Made by a program: the position numbers and the translations under genes. The notes beneath the pieces are model-generated. The model did not search any database. It was given only the letters and a program-made list of their open reading frames with translations, and had not been told where the DNA came from. DNA of 64,000 nucleotides from Gammaproteobacteria bacterium (GTDB lineage Bacteria > Pseudomonadota > Gammaproteobacteria > Eutrophobiales > Eutrophobiaceae), in contig SCUJ01000011.1 in assembly GCA_004297165.1 (NCBI GenBank), forward strand, positions 128,095 to 192,094, in the 5' to 3' direction. This document shows, piece after piece, positions 42,699 to 51,837 of the stretch (positions within the stretch are counted from its first letter, which is position 1; each line of letters begins with the position of its first letter).

Positions 42699-43324
42699 CC
42701 GAGGCCGTCATCCTGGTCCACGGCCTGTGGATGAACGGCCTCGATATGACCCTGCTGCGCCGCCGGATCGCCGCGGCCGGTTACATAACGCATCAGTTCC
42801 GCTATCCGACCGTACGCCAGAGCCCCGCCGAGAATGCGCATGACCTCGCGACCTTCGCCAGTCGCCTGCCGCACCAGGTAGTGCACTTCATCGGCCACAG
42901 CCTGGGCGGCCTGGTATTGCGGCATCTCTTTCATGCCCATCCCGATCAACGGCCCGGCCGGGTCGTCACCCTGGGTACGCCGCATCAGCCAAGCAGCGCG
43001 GCTCGTGGCTTCCTGCGACTGTCGCCGGGACGCAGGCTGCTCGGACGGAGCCTGGAAGCGGGCCTGCTGGGCGAGGCCCCCGGCTGGAACGGCGGCCGTG
43101 ATCTCGGCAGCATCGCCGGGACCCTGGGGTTGGGACCTGTCTGGTTCATCCCGGACATCCCGCGTCCTTGCGACGGCACGGTCGCGGTCAACGAAACCCT
43201 GATCGAGGGCATGCGGGATCACGTCACCGTCCCGGCCACACACATGGGTCTCCTCATCTCGCGGCGCGCGGCGGAACAATGCCTGCATTTTCTCCAATAT
43301 GGCCGGTTTGTTTCGCAACGCTAG
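42695..43324 (+). CDS. Alpha/beta-fold hydrolase (esterase/lipase-like)
   Basis: HGLWMNG oxyanion region and GHSLGG nucleophile elbow; GTG start overlaps the nadA stop. Confidence 0.7.
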   Translation: MTEAVILVHGLWMNGLDMTLLRRRIAAAGYITHQFRYPTVRQSPAENAHDLATFASRLPHQVVHFIGHSLGGLVLRHLFHAHPDQRPGRVVTLGTPHQPSSAARGFLRLSPGRRLLGRSLEAGLLGEAPGWNGGRDLGSIAGTLGLGPVWFIPDIPRPCDGTVAVNETLIEGMRDHVTVPATHMGLLISRRAAEQCLHFLQYGRFVSQR

Positions 43325-43548
43325 CGAGGCTTGTTTTTATAAGGTCAATATACCGTGGTTGATCTATTCAACCGTACCTAACACCGGTAAGATCCATGCC
43401 CACGGTGAGGGCATCAAAGGAACGCCATGAACCACGATAACTGCCTATACAAGCCTCTTCCATGCCTTTCACCTCGGAAGGCTCCATACTTTCAGGCGGC
43501 TCTTTCTTTGGACACGTTTTGGATTCTGACTGTCCACGAGCATGCTCA

Positions 43549-45537
43549 ATGCCTGACCACAACTACTTCTCTAATTTAATCTGGCAGATCGCCGATCTGC
43601 TGCGTGGCCCTTATCGGCCGCCGCAGTACGAGCGCGTCATGCTACCGATGACGGTGCTGCGCCGGTTCGACTGCGTGCTCTCGCCCACCAAGGCCAAGGT
43701 CCTGGCCGAGCACGAAAGGCGCAAGGGGGGTAAGCTCGAAGGCGACGCCCTCGATACCAAGCTCAACCAGGCATCCGGCCAGCGCTTCCACAATCACTCG
43801 CCCCTCGACTTCGAGAAACTGAAGGGGGATCCCGACAACATCGAGAAACACCTGGTCAGCTACATCAAGGGTTTCTCGAAGAACGTCCGCGACATCTTCG
43901 ACTTCTTCGAATTCGAGGCCGAGATCGAGCGGATGCGCGAGGCGAACATCCTCTACCTCGTCATCTCCAAGTTCCGCGACGTGGACCTGCACCCGAACGC
44001 GGTGCCTAATGAGCAGATGGGCCTCATCTTCGAGAACCTCATCCGGCGCTTCAACGAACTGGCCAACGAGACCGCGGGCGATCACTTCACGCCGCGCGAG
44101 GTCATCCGGCTGATGGTGAACATCCTGTTCATCCATGACGACAAGCTTCTCGCCACGCCCGGAACGGTGCGCAAGCTGCTCGACCCGGCCTGCGGCACCG
44201 GCGGCATGCTGGCCGAGGCCCAGAACTACCTGCGCGAGCATCACGGCGCGGCCAAGCTCTACGTTTACGGGCAGGACTACAACAAGCGCGCCTTCGCCAC
44301 CGCGGCGTCCGACATGCTGATGAAACAGGTGGACCACAACGGCGGCGGCAACAACGTCCGCTTCGGCGACAGCTTCACCGAGGATCAGTTCGCGGGCGAG
44401 ACCTATGACTACTTCCTGACCAACCCACCCTTCGGTGTGGACTGGAAGAAACAGCAGAAGGAGATCCAGCAGGAGCGCGACAAGCGCGGCTTCGACGGCC
44501 GTTTTGGCGCCGGGCTGCCGCGCGTGAATGACGGTTCGCTGCTTTTCCTGCAACACATGGTCGACAAGTTCGAGCCTGTGCGCCCGGCGGAGCACAAACA
44601 CGGATCGCGCCTCGCCATCGTCTTCAGCGGATCACCGCTCTTCACCGGCGGCGCGGGCTCGGGTGAGAGCGACATCCGCAAGTGGATCATCGAGAACGAC
44701 TGGCTCGAAGCCATCATCGCCCTGCCGGAGCAGATGTTCTACAACACGGGCATCGGCACCTACGTCTGGATCGTCACCAACCGCAAGGAGAAGCGGCGCA
44801 AGGGCAGGATTCAGCTCCTCGATGCGCGCGCCGTGTGGACCGCGGGTGGCAGCGAGGACAACAAGCGCAGCCTCGGCGACAAGCGCCGGCACATCACCAA
44901 CAGCCAGATCGCCGAGATCGTCAAGCTCTACGGCCGGCAGACCGACGGCGAGACCTCCAGGACCTTCGACAACGCCGACTTCGGCTACACCCGCGTGACC
45001 GTCGAGCGGCCCCTGCGCCTGCGCTACCAGATGACCCTGGAAGACAAGTCTCGTTTTCTTGACGCGTGCCCGCACCTGCTCGACGACGTGCAGGCCATCG
45101 ACAAGGTGTTAGGTCGAGAGCCGAGGTTGGATTGGGATGCAGTCGAGAGCGACATTCAAGATGTTCTCGCAGAGAAAGGGAGCCGATGGAAGGCTTCGGA
45201 ATGGAAGCTTTTCCGGAATGTGTTCACGAAAAAAAACTCCGACGGCAAGCCAATACGGGAAGGTTGGGTGCAGAGCCCTGGAGAGCCTGATCCCGACCTG
45301 CGCGATTTCGAGAACGTGCCGCTCAAGGACGACATCGACGCCTACTTCGAACGCGAGGTGCGCCCACACGTGCCCGACGCCTGGATGGATCGAGCCAAGG
45401 ACAAGGTCGGCTACGAGATTAACTTCAACCGCCACTTCTACAAGTACACGCCGCCGCGTCCCTTGGAGATAATCGACGCGGAGCTCAAGCAGGCGGAAGA
45501 GGCGATCATGCGGTTGCTCCGGGAGGTGACGGAGTGA
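43549..45537 (+). CDS. hsdM: Type I restriction-modification system methyltransferase subunit HsdM
   Basis: N-terminal HsdM_N-type sequence (IWQIADLLRGPYRPPQYERVMLPMTVLRRFDCVL), AdoMet motif LDPACGTGGML, catalytic motif LTNPPFG; start chosen at MPDHNYF. Confidence 0.9.
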   Translation: MPDHNYFSNLIWQIADLLRGPYRPPQYERVMLPMTVLRRFDCVLSPTKAKVLAEHERRKGGKLEGDALDTKLNQASGQRFHNHSPLDFEKLKGDPDNIEKHLVSYIKGFSKNVRDIFDFFEFEAEIERMREANILYLVISKFRDVDLHPNAVPNEQMGLIFENLIRRFNELANETAGDHFTPREVIRLMVNILFIHDDKLLATPGTVRKLLDPACGTGGMLAEAQNYLREHHGAAKLYVYGQDYNKRAFATAASDMLMKQVDHNGGGNNVRFGDSFTEDQFAGETYDYFLTNPPFGVDWKKQQKEIQQERDKRGFDGRFGAGLPRVNDGSLLFLQHMVDKFEPVRPAEHKHGSRLAIVFSGSPLFTGGAGSGESDIRKWIIENDWLEAIIALPEQMFYNTGIGTYVWIVTNRKEKRRKGRIQLLDARAVWTAGGSEDNKRSLGDKRRHITNSQIAEIVKLYGRQTDGETSRTFDNADFGYTRVTVERPLRLRYQMTLEDKSRFLDACPHLLDDVQAIDKVLGREPRLDWDAVESDIQDVLAEKGSRWKASEWKLFRNVFTKKNSDGKPIREGWVQSPGEPDPDLRDFENVPLKDDIDAYFEREVRPHVPDAWMDRAKDKVGYEINFNRHFYKYTPPRPLEIIDAELKQAEEAIMRLLREVTE

Positions 45538-46811
45538 CCGTCGTCGAACAACGTCTGAAGTACTGCGTCCGGCGCCCGATCATAAATGGGGTCGGAGCGG
45601 CCGCTGAGCACGATGACCCCTCGTGGCCGCGATATGTGCGAATCACTGATATTGCTGGCCCCAGGAAACTGCGAGACGACACATTCATGTCGCTTCCCCC
45701 CGAGCAGGCAGCTGAGGCACCATTCAACGTCGGGGACATTCTTGCAGCGGCGGTCGGCGCCACTTTCGGCAAGACCTATCTTCACGCCAGTGACATAGGG
45801 CCGGCTGCGTTCGCGGGCTATCTGGTGCGAATCTCACCCGGTGCAGATTTCGAACCTCGCTTTGTGGCGTATTGGTCAGAAAGCCACCACTACTGGGATC
45901 AAGTCAATACAAGTGTTGTGCAATCGACGATCCAGAACTTCTCTGCGGCCAAGTATGCCGAGCTTCGACTACCAGCCCCGCCGCTTGAGACGCAATGCAT
46001 AATCGCCAACTACCTTGACCGAGAGACTGCGCGGCTGGATGCACTGGTGGCGGCGAAGGAGCGGGTGCTCGGGCTGTTGGCCGAGAAGCGCCGGGCAGTC
46101 ATCACACGCGCCGTCACCCGCGGCCTCGACCCCCGCGCGCGCCTCCGCGACTCTGGCATTCCCTGGCTCGGGGAGATTCCGGCGCATTGGGAAGCATGGA
46201 AGCTTGGGCACGTTGCATTTGTAGGGAATGGATCAACCCCGAACAGAGACAATCCAGAGTATTGGACGGAAGGGGTGATCCCTTGGCTCAACAGTTCAGT
46301 GGTCAATCAGGATGAAGTGACTGCATCCGACCAGTTTGTCACTCCAACAGCGTTCCGCGAATGTCATCTACCTTTGGTCAAGCCGGGAAGCGTTCTTATC
46401 GGAATAACCGGACAAGGGAAGACCCGAGGGAGCGCGGTGGTTCTGTCGTTCGAGGCAACGATAAATCAGCACCTCGCCTTTATCACGCCGAATGCCAATC
46501 TGCTAAATGCATGGTTCCTACGTTGGGCTCTGTTCGCTGCTTACGAGTTTCTCAGAAGCATCAGTGACGATGCAGGCGGAACCAAGGGTGCTCTTACCTG
46601 TGAGGCCGTCGCAGCACTCTACGTGCCTCTACCGCCACTCAACGACCAGAGAGCAATCGTCGCTCATGTTTCCTCGGAGGCGAGCAAGCTTGATGCTTTG
46701 AGGGTGGCGACCGAGCGCACGATTGCCTTGATCAAAGAGCGCCGCGCCGCGCTCATCGCTGCGGCAGTGACAGGCAGACATGCTCCTGACTTTGCGAGGG
46801 GATCGGCATGA
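45534..46811 (+). CDS. hsdS: Type I restriction-modification system specificity subunit HsdS
   Basis: Two target-recognition domains separated by the conserved central helix (LDALVAAKERVLGLLAEKRRAVITRAVTRGLDP) and a C-terminal repeat (LDALRVATERTIALIKERRAALIAAAVTG); GTG start overlaps the hsdM stop. Confidence 0.85.
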   Translation: MTVVEQRLKYCVRRPIINGVGAAAEHDDPSWPRYVRITDIAGPRKLRDDTFMSLPPEQAAEAPFNVGDILAAAVGATFGKTYLHASDIGPAAFAGYLVRISPGADFEPRFVAYWSESHHYWDQVNTSVVQSTIQNFSAAKYAELRLPAPPLETQCIIANYLDRETARLDALVAAKERVLGLLAEKRRAVITRAVTRGLDPRARLRDSGIPWLGEIPAHWEAWKLGHVAFVGNGSTPNRDNPEYWTEGVIPWLNSSVVNQDEVTASDQFVTPTAFRECHLPLVKPGSVLIGITGQGKTRGSAVVLSFEATINQHLAFITPNANLLNAWFLRWALFAAYEFLRSISDDAGGTKGALTCEAVAALYVPLPPLNDQRAIVAHVSSEASKLDALRVATERTIALIKERRAALIAAAVTGRHAPDFARGSA

Positions 46812-47713
46812 GGCATACAAGCCCATTACGCTATCCTGGCGGTAAGGCTGAACTAACGGGGTTCCTTACTGACGTGATCGATCTGAACGATTTGCGCGGA
46901 TGCCCTTACTACGAACCTTACGCTGGTGGTGCCGGGGCGGCGATAGGTCTTCTTAAGCACGGCGTTGTATCAGAGATATTTCTCAATGATGCAGACAGGC
47001 GAGTCTACGCCTTTTGGCGCGCGATACTCCAAAATAGCGAGCGTTTTGTGGAGCGCATTCACACCGTTCCTTTAAGTATTAAAGAATGGTATCGTCAACA
47101 CAAGATCTGCGCCCGACCGAGGTCGCACGCCCAGTTTGATCTGGGATTTTCCGCCTTCTACATGAATCGTTGCAACCGCTCAGGGGTTTTGAGCGGTGCA
47201 GGTCCAATCGGCGGCTACGAACAATCGGGTAAATGGCGAATGGATGTGCGCTTCAACCGCGAAACGCTTGCGAGACGCATCCTGAATCTATCTCGAATGA
47301 AGACTCAGATTCATGTGACCTGCGAGGATGCGATTGTCTTCCTTAAGAAGCAATTGCCGCGGGGGCGGGGTCGCAACCGAGTCTTTGTCTACCTTGATCC
47401 GCCGTATGTCAACAATGGCCAGCGTCTTTACCTGAATGCTTATCAACAAGATGACCACGCCAAGTTGTCGCGGTATCTAGACGATCAGACTGTGCTACCG
47501 TGGATTATGTCTTACGATGACAGTAGCTTGGTGCGGGAATTATATGTCAAGCAACAGATTGCACTCATGCCGATTCGCTATACTCTTCAAGAGAAACGTT
47601 CAGCACACGAACTTATCATTTCTCCTTGCCACGTTGCCATACCTAATGCCTGTCGGATTTATGGTCGGGAAAATCTGCTTCAAGTCTCTCATCACCAGGG
47701 AGGAGCATCATGA
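46808..47713 (+). CDS. Dam-family (D12 class) N6-adenine DNA methyltransferase, orphan, embedded in the Type I R-M operon
   Basis: Motifs align with E. coli Dam: RYPGGK (WAGGK), EPYAGGAG (EPFVGAGS), FYMNRCNRSG (LYLNRYGYNG), VYLDPPY (VYCDPPY); ATGA overlap with the hsdS stop. Confidence 0.85.
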   Translation: MRHTSPLRYPGGKAELTGFLTDVIDLNDLRGCPYYEPYAGGAGAAIGLLKHGVVSEIFLNDADRRVYAFWRAILQNSERFVERIHTVPLSIKEWYRQHKICARPRSHAQFDLGFSAFYMNRCNRSGVLSGAGPIGGYEQSGKWRMDVRFNRETLARRILNLSRMKTQIHVTCEDAIVFLKKQLPRGRGRNRVFVYLDPPYVNNGQRLYLNAYQQDDHAKLSRYLDDQTVLPWIMSYDDSSLVRELYVKQQIALMPIRYTLQEKRSAHELIISPCHVAIPNACRIYGRENLLQVSHHQGGAS

Positions 47714-48813
47714 TTACGAAAACAAATACCGAATCCATTCCTGTGAAAGAACTTCACTTTGACCGATTGAATCCTAGGCTTGCCGAATACGGAGTACGGC
47801 CAGAGACGACGGATAAAGAGATCCAGGAGATCCTTTGGGATGCCATGGATGTGCGCGAGTTGGTCCAGTCGATCGCTGCTAGCGGATTTTTCCGACATGA
47901 ACCGATTATTGTAGCCAAAGAGAAAAACAAGAACATCGTCATCGAAGGTAACCGGCGTCTCGCAGCGGTAAAAGTACTTCTCGATACTCAAGTCGCCAAG
48001 AAGAACGGGTGGGAAATTCCGACACTATCCAAGGATGAACGCAATGGTCTGGAGACTCTGCCCGTCATTTTTTCTGACCGTAAGGAATCATGGCGTTACT
48101 TAGGTTTTAAACACGTCAACGGTCCCGCAAAGTGGAGTAGCTACGCTAAGGCGAAGTACATAGCCGATATTCATCGTGACCACAAAATTTCTTTATCCGA
48201 TATCGCAAATCAGATCGGCGATCAGCATCGGACGGTACAACGTCTATATCGTGGACTGATGGTGATCGAGCAGGCCGAACGCATGAAGGTTTATGATCGG
48301 GAGGACAGATTTCGGCAACGACTCGCCTTCTCTCACCTCTACACCGGTCTGGATTACGATGGCGTCAGTTCTTTTATCAGCTTAAAAGCTGAAGACGAGG
48401 AGACAAAGAATCCTGTTCCCAAGGAAAAGGTGAAGGAATTGGGCGAGCTCTGCGTGTGGCTTTACGGCAGCAAGAAGGACAATCGCCCACCAGTCGTCGA
48501 ATCACAAAACCCCGACCTCAGGCGTCTCAATGCCGTCCTGAACAACCGAGAGGCGATAGCCGCACTGCGGGCCGGGTCAGAGCTTGTCAAGGCGTTCGAG
48601 ATCAGCAGACCCCCTACAGCTGTCTTCGAGGAGGCACTTCTGGCCGCCAAACGCGAACTCACTACCGCAAGGGCACACCTGACGACAGGATATGACAAGT
48701 CGGAAGCGCTACTGCGCGTTGTCGGCACCATCGCCGAGATGGCTGACGACATCTACAAAGAGATGGAACGAAAGAGAAACCCCGAGAAAACAAAGCGACT
48801 TACGGAGAAGTAA
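47710..48813 (+). CDS. ParB/Srx-superfamily protein (DndB/DGQHR-like or DUF262-like N-domain)
   Basis: N-terminal region has IIVAKEKNKNIVIEGNRRLAAVKVL, a ParB-like GxxR arginine motif (compare DGQHR/DGQQR), and a second motif IGDQHRTVQRLYRG; ATGA overlap with the Dam-like gene; lower GC. Confidence 0.55.
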   Translation: MITKTNTESIPVKELHFDRLNPRLAEYGVRPETTDKEIQEILWDAMDVRELVQSIAASGFFRHEPIIVAKEKNKNIVIEGNRRLAAVKVLLDTQVAKKNGWEIPTLSKDERNGLETLPVIFSDRKESWRYLGFKHVNGPAKWSSYAKAKYIADIHRDHKISLSDIANQIGDQHRTVQRLYRGLMVIEQAERMKVYDREDRFRQRLAFSHLYTGLDYDGVSSFISLKAEDEETKNPVPKEKVKELGELCVWLYGSKKDNRPPVVESQNPDLRRLNAVLNNREAIAALRAGSELVKAFEISRPPTAVFEEALLAAKRELTTARAHLTTGYDKSEALLRVVGTIAEMADDIYKEMERKRNPEKTKRLTEK

Positions 48814-48814
48814 T

Positions 48815-49747
48815 GTGTTCAAGCTGCCCGACTTGCCGTCATCGCAGGCAGAGGTCCACGAACTCGCTGATTTTGTAGAGTTATTGTGCTGGGTCCGTGG
48901 ATCAACATCGAAGCGTGAAGTTGTGGCTTATCTTGGGCGAGTGGATGATAACGATAACAATATTGGTTGTGACGACAATGAAGACGGGAACTCCGATTTT
49001 CTGGATGAGGTAATGAACGAGATCGAACGGCGTGTGTTCGCGTGCGGTGTCGGTTATCCGTTCCAACTCGATCTCGAAGGAACCGTCCTTAGATACAACA
49101 TGAACGATGACGGTGAAAGATCAATAATCTACCTCTACCTCTTGTTAAGTACGCGACTTAATATGACGAAAAACCGAGTTCACGAAAGAATTGATGGCAC
49201 ATCGTTGTTTGAGGAAGTCTGTGCCCATGTGTTAAAAAACTATTTGGGTAAAACAAGGGCGAAAGCACTGGTATTCGGTACTGCGGTAACCGAGTCATTT
49301 CAGGATAAGATCAAGGCGCTGTGCGAACAGTTGTGTGAAGGATCAGGTTACAAAAACCCAGATGTGATGCCTTCGGTTGATCGCGATGGTAAGTTAGATG
49401 TAGTTGCATGGGTCCCTTTTACGGACCGTCGTGCAGGTCAACTGATTGTTTTTTCGCAGTGTAAAACAGGAACTAATTGGAAAGATCATGTGGCACAACT
49501 GAACCCCGGTGCTTTCGTTCAGAAATGGATCGATGGCACTATCGCCGTTACTCCCGTGCGTTCATTTTGCGTTACGGAAGCTTGTGATCAATCGCGTTGG
49601 AATAGCGCCTGCATTGATGCAGGCATTCTGCTTGACCGGTGCCGACTGGTTGACTTCTGCGATAACATCGACCCGACACTGCTAAGTAATGTGAATCGCT
49701 GGACAACCGCGGCCAAGAGCCATGTGGTGAGTAAAATGGCATGGTAG
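48815..49747 (+). CDS. Hypothetical protein with a possible PD-(D/E)xK-like nuclease motif
   Basis: GTG start 1 nt after the upstream TAA; C-terminal half has DRDGKLDVVAWVPF...GQLIVFSQCKTG (D...QxK pattern); no family recognised with certainty; lower GC. Confidence 0.4.
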   Translation: MFKLPDLPSSQAEVHELADFVELLCWVRGSTSKREVVAYLGRVDDNDNNIGCDDNEDGNSDFLDEVMNEIERRVFACGVGYPFQLDLEGTVLRYNMNDDGERSIIYLYLLLSTRLNMTKNRVHERIDGTSLFEEVCAHVLKNYLGKTRAKALVFGTAVTESFQDKIKALCEQLCEGSGYKNPDVMPSVDRDGKLDVVAWVPFTDRRAGQLIVFSQCKTGTNWKDHVAQLNPGAFVQKWIDGTIAVTPVRSFCVTEACDQSRWNSACIDAGILLDRCRLVDFCDNIDPTLLSNVNRWTTAAKSHVVSKMAW

Positions 49748-49963
49748 CGAGCATTCAAAAAGTGGATTTCAAAACGGTCATAAAAATTTGCCTGCTCACG
49801 AAAAATCATAGTTTCCGTGAATCGTGGATGTTTCACGACAACGAGTGGGGCCAAAGATGGAGGCACTGTGAGTAGCAGTGAGAGTAGACGCTCAATGGCC
49901 CGCACAAATGAAGCAACACTGAATGTTTAGTGGTGGCATGCTGGAGCAGATTGACATATTGGA

Positions 49964-50320
49964 GTGTGCGGTGTGACCCGCGTCGCTGTTCGCCCAGGGA
50001 TGCTGCGCTGGGCCTGCGAGCGCGCTCGTCAGCTCAGCGGAGGAGCGACTGCTGTGACACAATTGACTGACGATACACTCAGAGACGAGCTGATCCCCTA
50101 CCGCACCGCCGATGACGCCGTGCGCGTCGAGGCGCGCTACGAGTCCAAGACCTTCTGGCTCGACCAGCGATGCATAGCCGAGCTGTTCGGCGTCGACGTC
50201 CGCACCGTCAGCTACCACCTGAAGGAAGTCTACGCCTCGGAGGAGCTGACCCCGGAGACAACTCTCCAACAAATTTGGAGAGTTCAGCACGAGGCAGCCA
50301 TCATCCCGGAGGGCACATGA
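49964..50320 (+). CDS. RhuM-family N-terminal domain protein (truncated relative to full-length RhuM)
   Basis: ELIPYRTADDAVRVEARYESKTFWLDQRCIAELFGVDVRTVSYHLKEVYASEELTPETTLQQIWRVQHE matches the conserved RhuM N-terminus, but the protein ends after about 118 aa; its stop overlaps the next start (ATGA). Confidence 0.5.
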   Translation: MCGVTRVAVRPGMLRWACERARQLSGGATAVTQLTDDTLRDELIPYRTADDAVRVEARYESKTFWLDQRCIAELFGVDVRTVSYHLKEVYASEELTPETTLQQIWRVQHEAAIIPEGT

Positions 50321-51837
50321 CCACCCAGCCCCTCCTTGCCGACCTCCTCCGTTCCGGCGAGTGGACCGGCGCCGAATTCAAGGCCGCACGTCAGGGACTC
50401 CCGAAGTCGGCGTTTGAGACCGTCTCGGCTTTTGCCAACACCCGCGGCGGCTGTCTGGTCCTCGGCGTTACGCAGGACGGTGAGCAGTTCGAGGTGAGCG
50501 GCGTCGGCGAACCCGACAAGGTTCAGAACGACTTCCTCTCGGTGCTGCACGCCGACGGGAAGGTCAGCCACGATGTGGACATCACCGAACACCGCTACCA
50601 GCACGACGGCAAGGTCGCGCTCGCGTTCCGCATCGCCGAGAACCCGCGCACGCGCAAGCCCGTCTACCTCGACGGCGACATCCGCCGAACCTTTCTGCGC
50701 AAGGGCGGTGGCGACTACCGCGCTCAGCCGCACGAGATCGAGCGGATGTTGCGCGACCAGTCGGCGGATCGCTGGGACGGCCAGCCGTTCACGCGCGTCT
50801 CGCTCGACGAGGTGTTCCACTCGGCGAGCCTCACCTGGTACCGCGACCGCTTCCACGCCACGAACCCCGGCTTCGATGTCGAGCAGCCGCACCACGAGTT
50901 CCTCCACGACTGGGGCTACTTGGTGAAGGAAAGCGGCGCGTTCCTGCCGACGGGCGCGAGCGTTGCGCTGTTCGGCTCATTGCGCGGTGTTCGCAACCTG
51001 CTGCCGCGCCCGATCCTCGACGTGCAGTTCCTTGGCTACGGCAGTCACGACGAGATGCCCGAGACGCGCTGGATCGATCGCCTCGTGAGCGAAGTGAACA
51101 TCGTCGAAACCTGGCAGCAACTCCTCGCCAAGTACCTCTTCTTTATGCCCAAGCCGTTCCGCGACATCGACTCGGAAACGCTCGAGCGGCGCGACGCGCC
51201 CGCGGGTTTCCGTGTCTTCCGCGAGGCCGCGATGAACCTCCTGATTCACCAGGACTACGGCGACCACTCGCGCAAGGCGGTCATCCAGTTTTTCACCGAC
51301 GGCATTCGCTTCTGGAACCCCGGCGACAGCTTCGGCAACGAGACGCGGCTGCTCGAACCCGGAGAGAAGGAGGTGCGCAACCCCGCCATAGCGATGGGGA
51401 TGCGCCGAATCGGCATGTGCGAACAAGCCGGCACGGGCCTCCGGATGATGCGGCGCGAATGGCAGGCGATCGGCTACGCGGCACCGCTTTACGAGAATGA
51501 TCGTGTACATAAGGCATTCGAATCGTTTCTGCCGCAGTTGCGAGAAGTGGCTGTGGAGGTCACCCCCCAAGTCACCCCCCAAGTCACCCCCCAAGTCACC
51601 CCCCAAGTCACCCCCCAAGTCAGGCGGCTGCTGGATGCTATCGAAGGCGAGATGAGACTGGCTGACCTTATGGGCGGGTTGGGGCTGACCGACCGAAAGC
51701 ACTTCCGAACGCAGTACTGGCTGCCGGCATCCGAGCAAGGGCTGATCGAGATGACCCTGCCCGACAAGCCGAACAGCAGCAAGCAACGCTACAGGCTCAC
51801 GGAGTTGGGACATTTCACCAGACAGAGGAACCAATGA
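50317..51837 (+). CDS. AlbA_2/Schlafen-like divergent-AAA domain ATP-binding protein (putative regulator) with an internal VTPQ repeat
   Basis: N-terminus [42 protein letters not shown] is the AlbA_2 putative DNA-binding domain; C-terminal HATPase_c_4-like region ([15 protein letters not shown]); common resident of Type I R-M loci. Confidence 0.7.
   Translation: MTTQPLLADLLRSGEWTGAEFKAARQGLPKSAFETVSAFANTRGGCLVLGVTQDGEQFEVSGVGEPDKVQNDFLSVLHADGKVSHDVDITEHRYQHDGKVALAFRIAENPRTRKPVYLDGDIRRTFLRKGGGDYRAQPHEIERMLRDQSADRWDGQPFTRVSLDEVFHSASLTWYRDRFHATNPGFDVEQPHHEFLHDWGYLVKESGAFLPTGASVALFGSLRGVRNLLPRPILDVQFLGYGSHDEMPETRWIDRLVSEVNIVETWQQLLAKYLFFMPKPFRDIDSETLERRDAPAGFRVFREAAMNLLIHQDYGDHSRKAVIQFFTDGIRFWNPGDSFGNETRLLEPGEKEVRNPAIAMGMRRIGMCEQAGTGLRMMRREWQAIGYAAPLYENDRVHKAFESFLPQLREVAVEVTPQVTPQVTPQVTPQVTPQVRRLLDAIEGEMRLADLMGGLGLTDRKHFRTQYWLPASEQGLIEMTLPDKPNSSKQRYRLTELGHFTRQRNQ
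51559..51618 (+). repeat. Five perfect tandem copies of the 12-bp unit GTCACCCCCCAA (encoding VTPQ), each containing a C6 tract
   Basis: Read directly from the sequence; in frame within the AlbA_2-like gene; followed by a partial sixth copy (GTCA). Confidence 0.9.

Noticed and set aside
51559-51618. Tandem 12-bp repeats considered as a possible CRISPR or minisatellite
   Set aside because: Repeats are contiguous with no spacers, only 12 bp long, and in frame within a coding region; no cas genes nearby. Classified as an intragenic tandem repeat.
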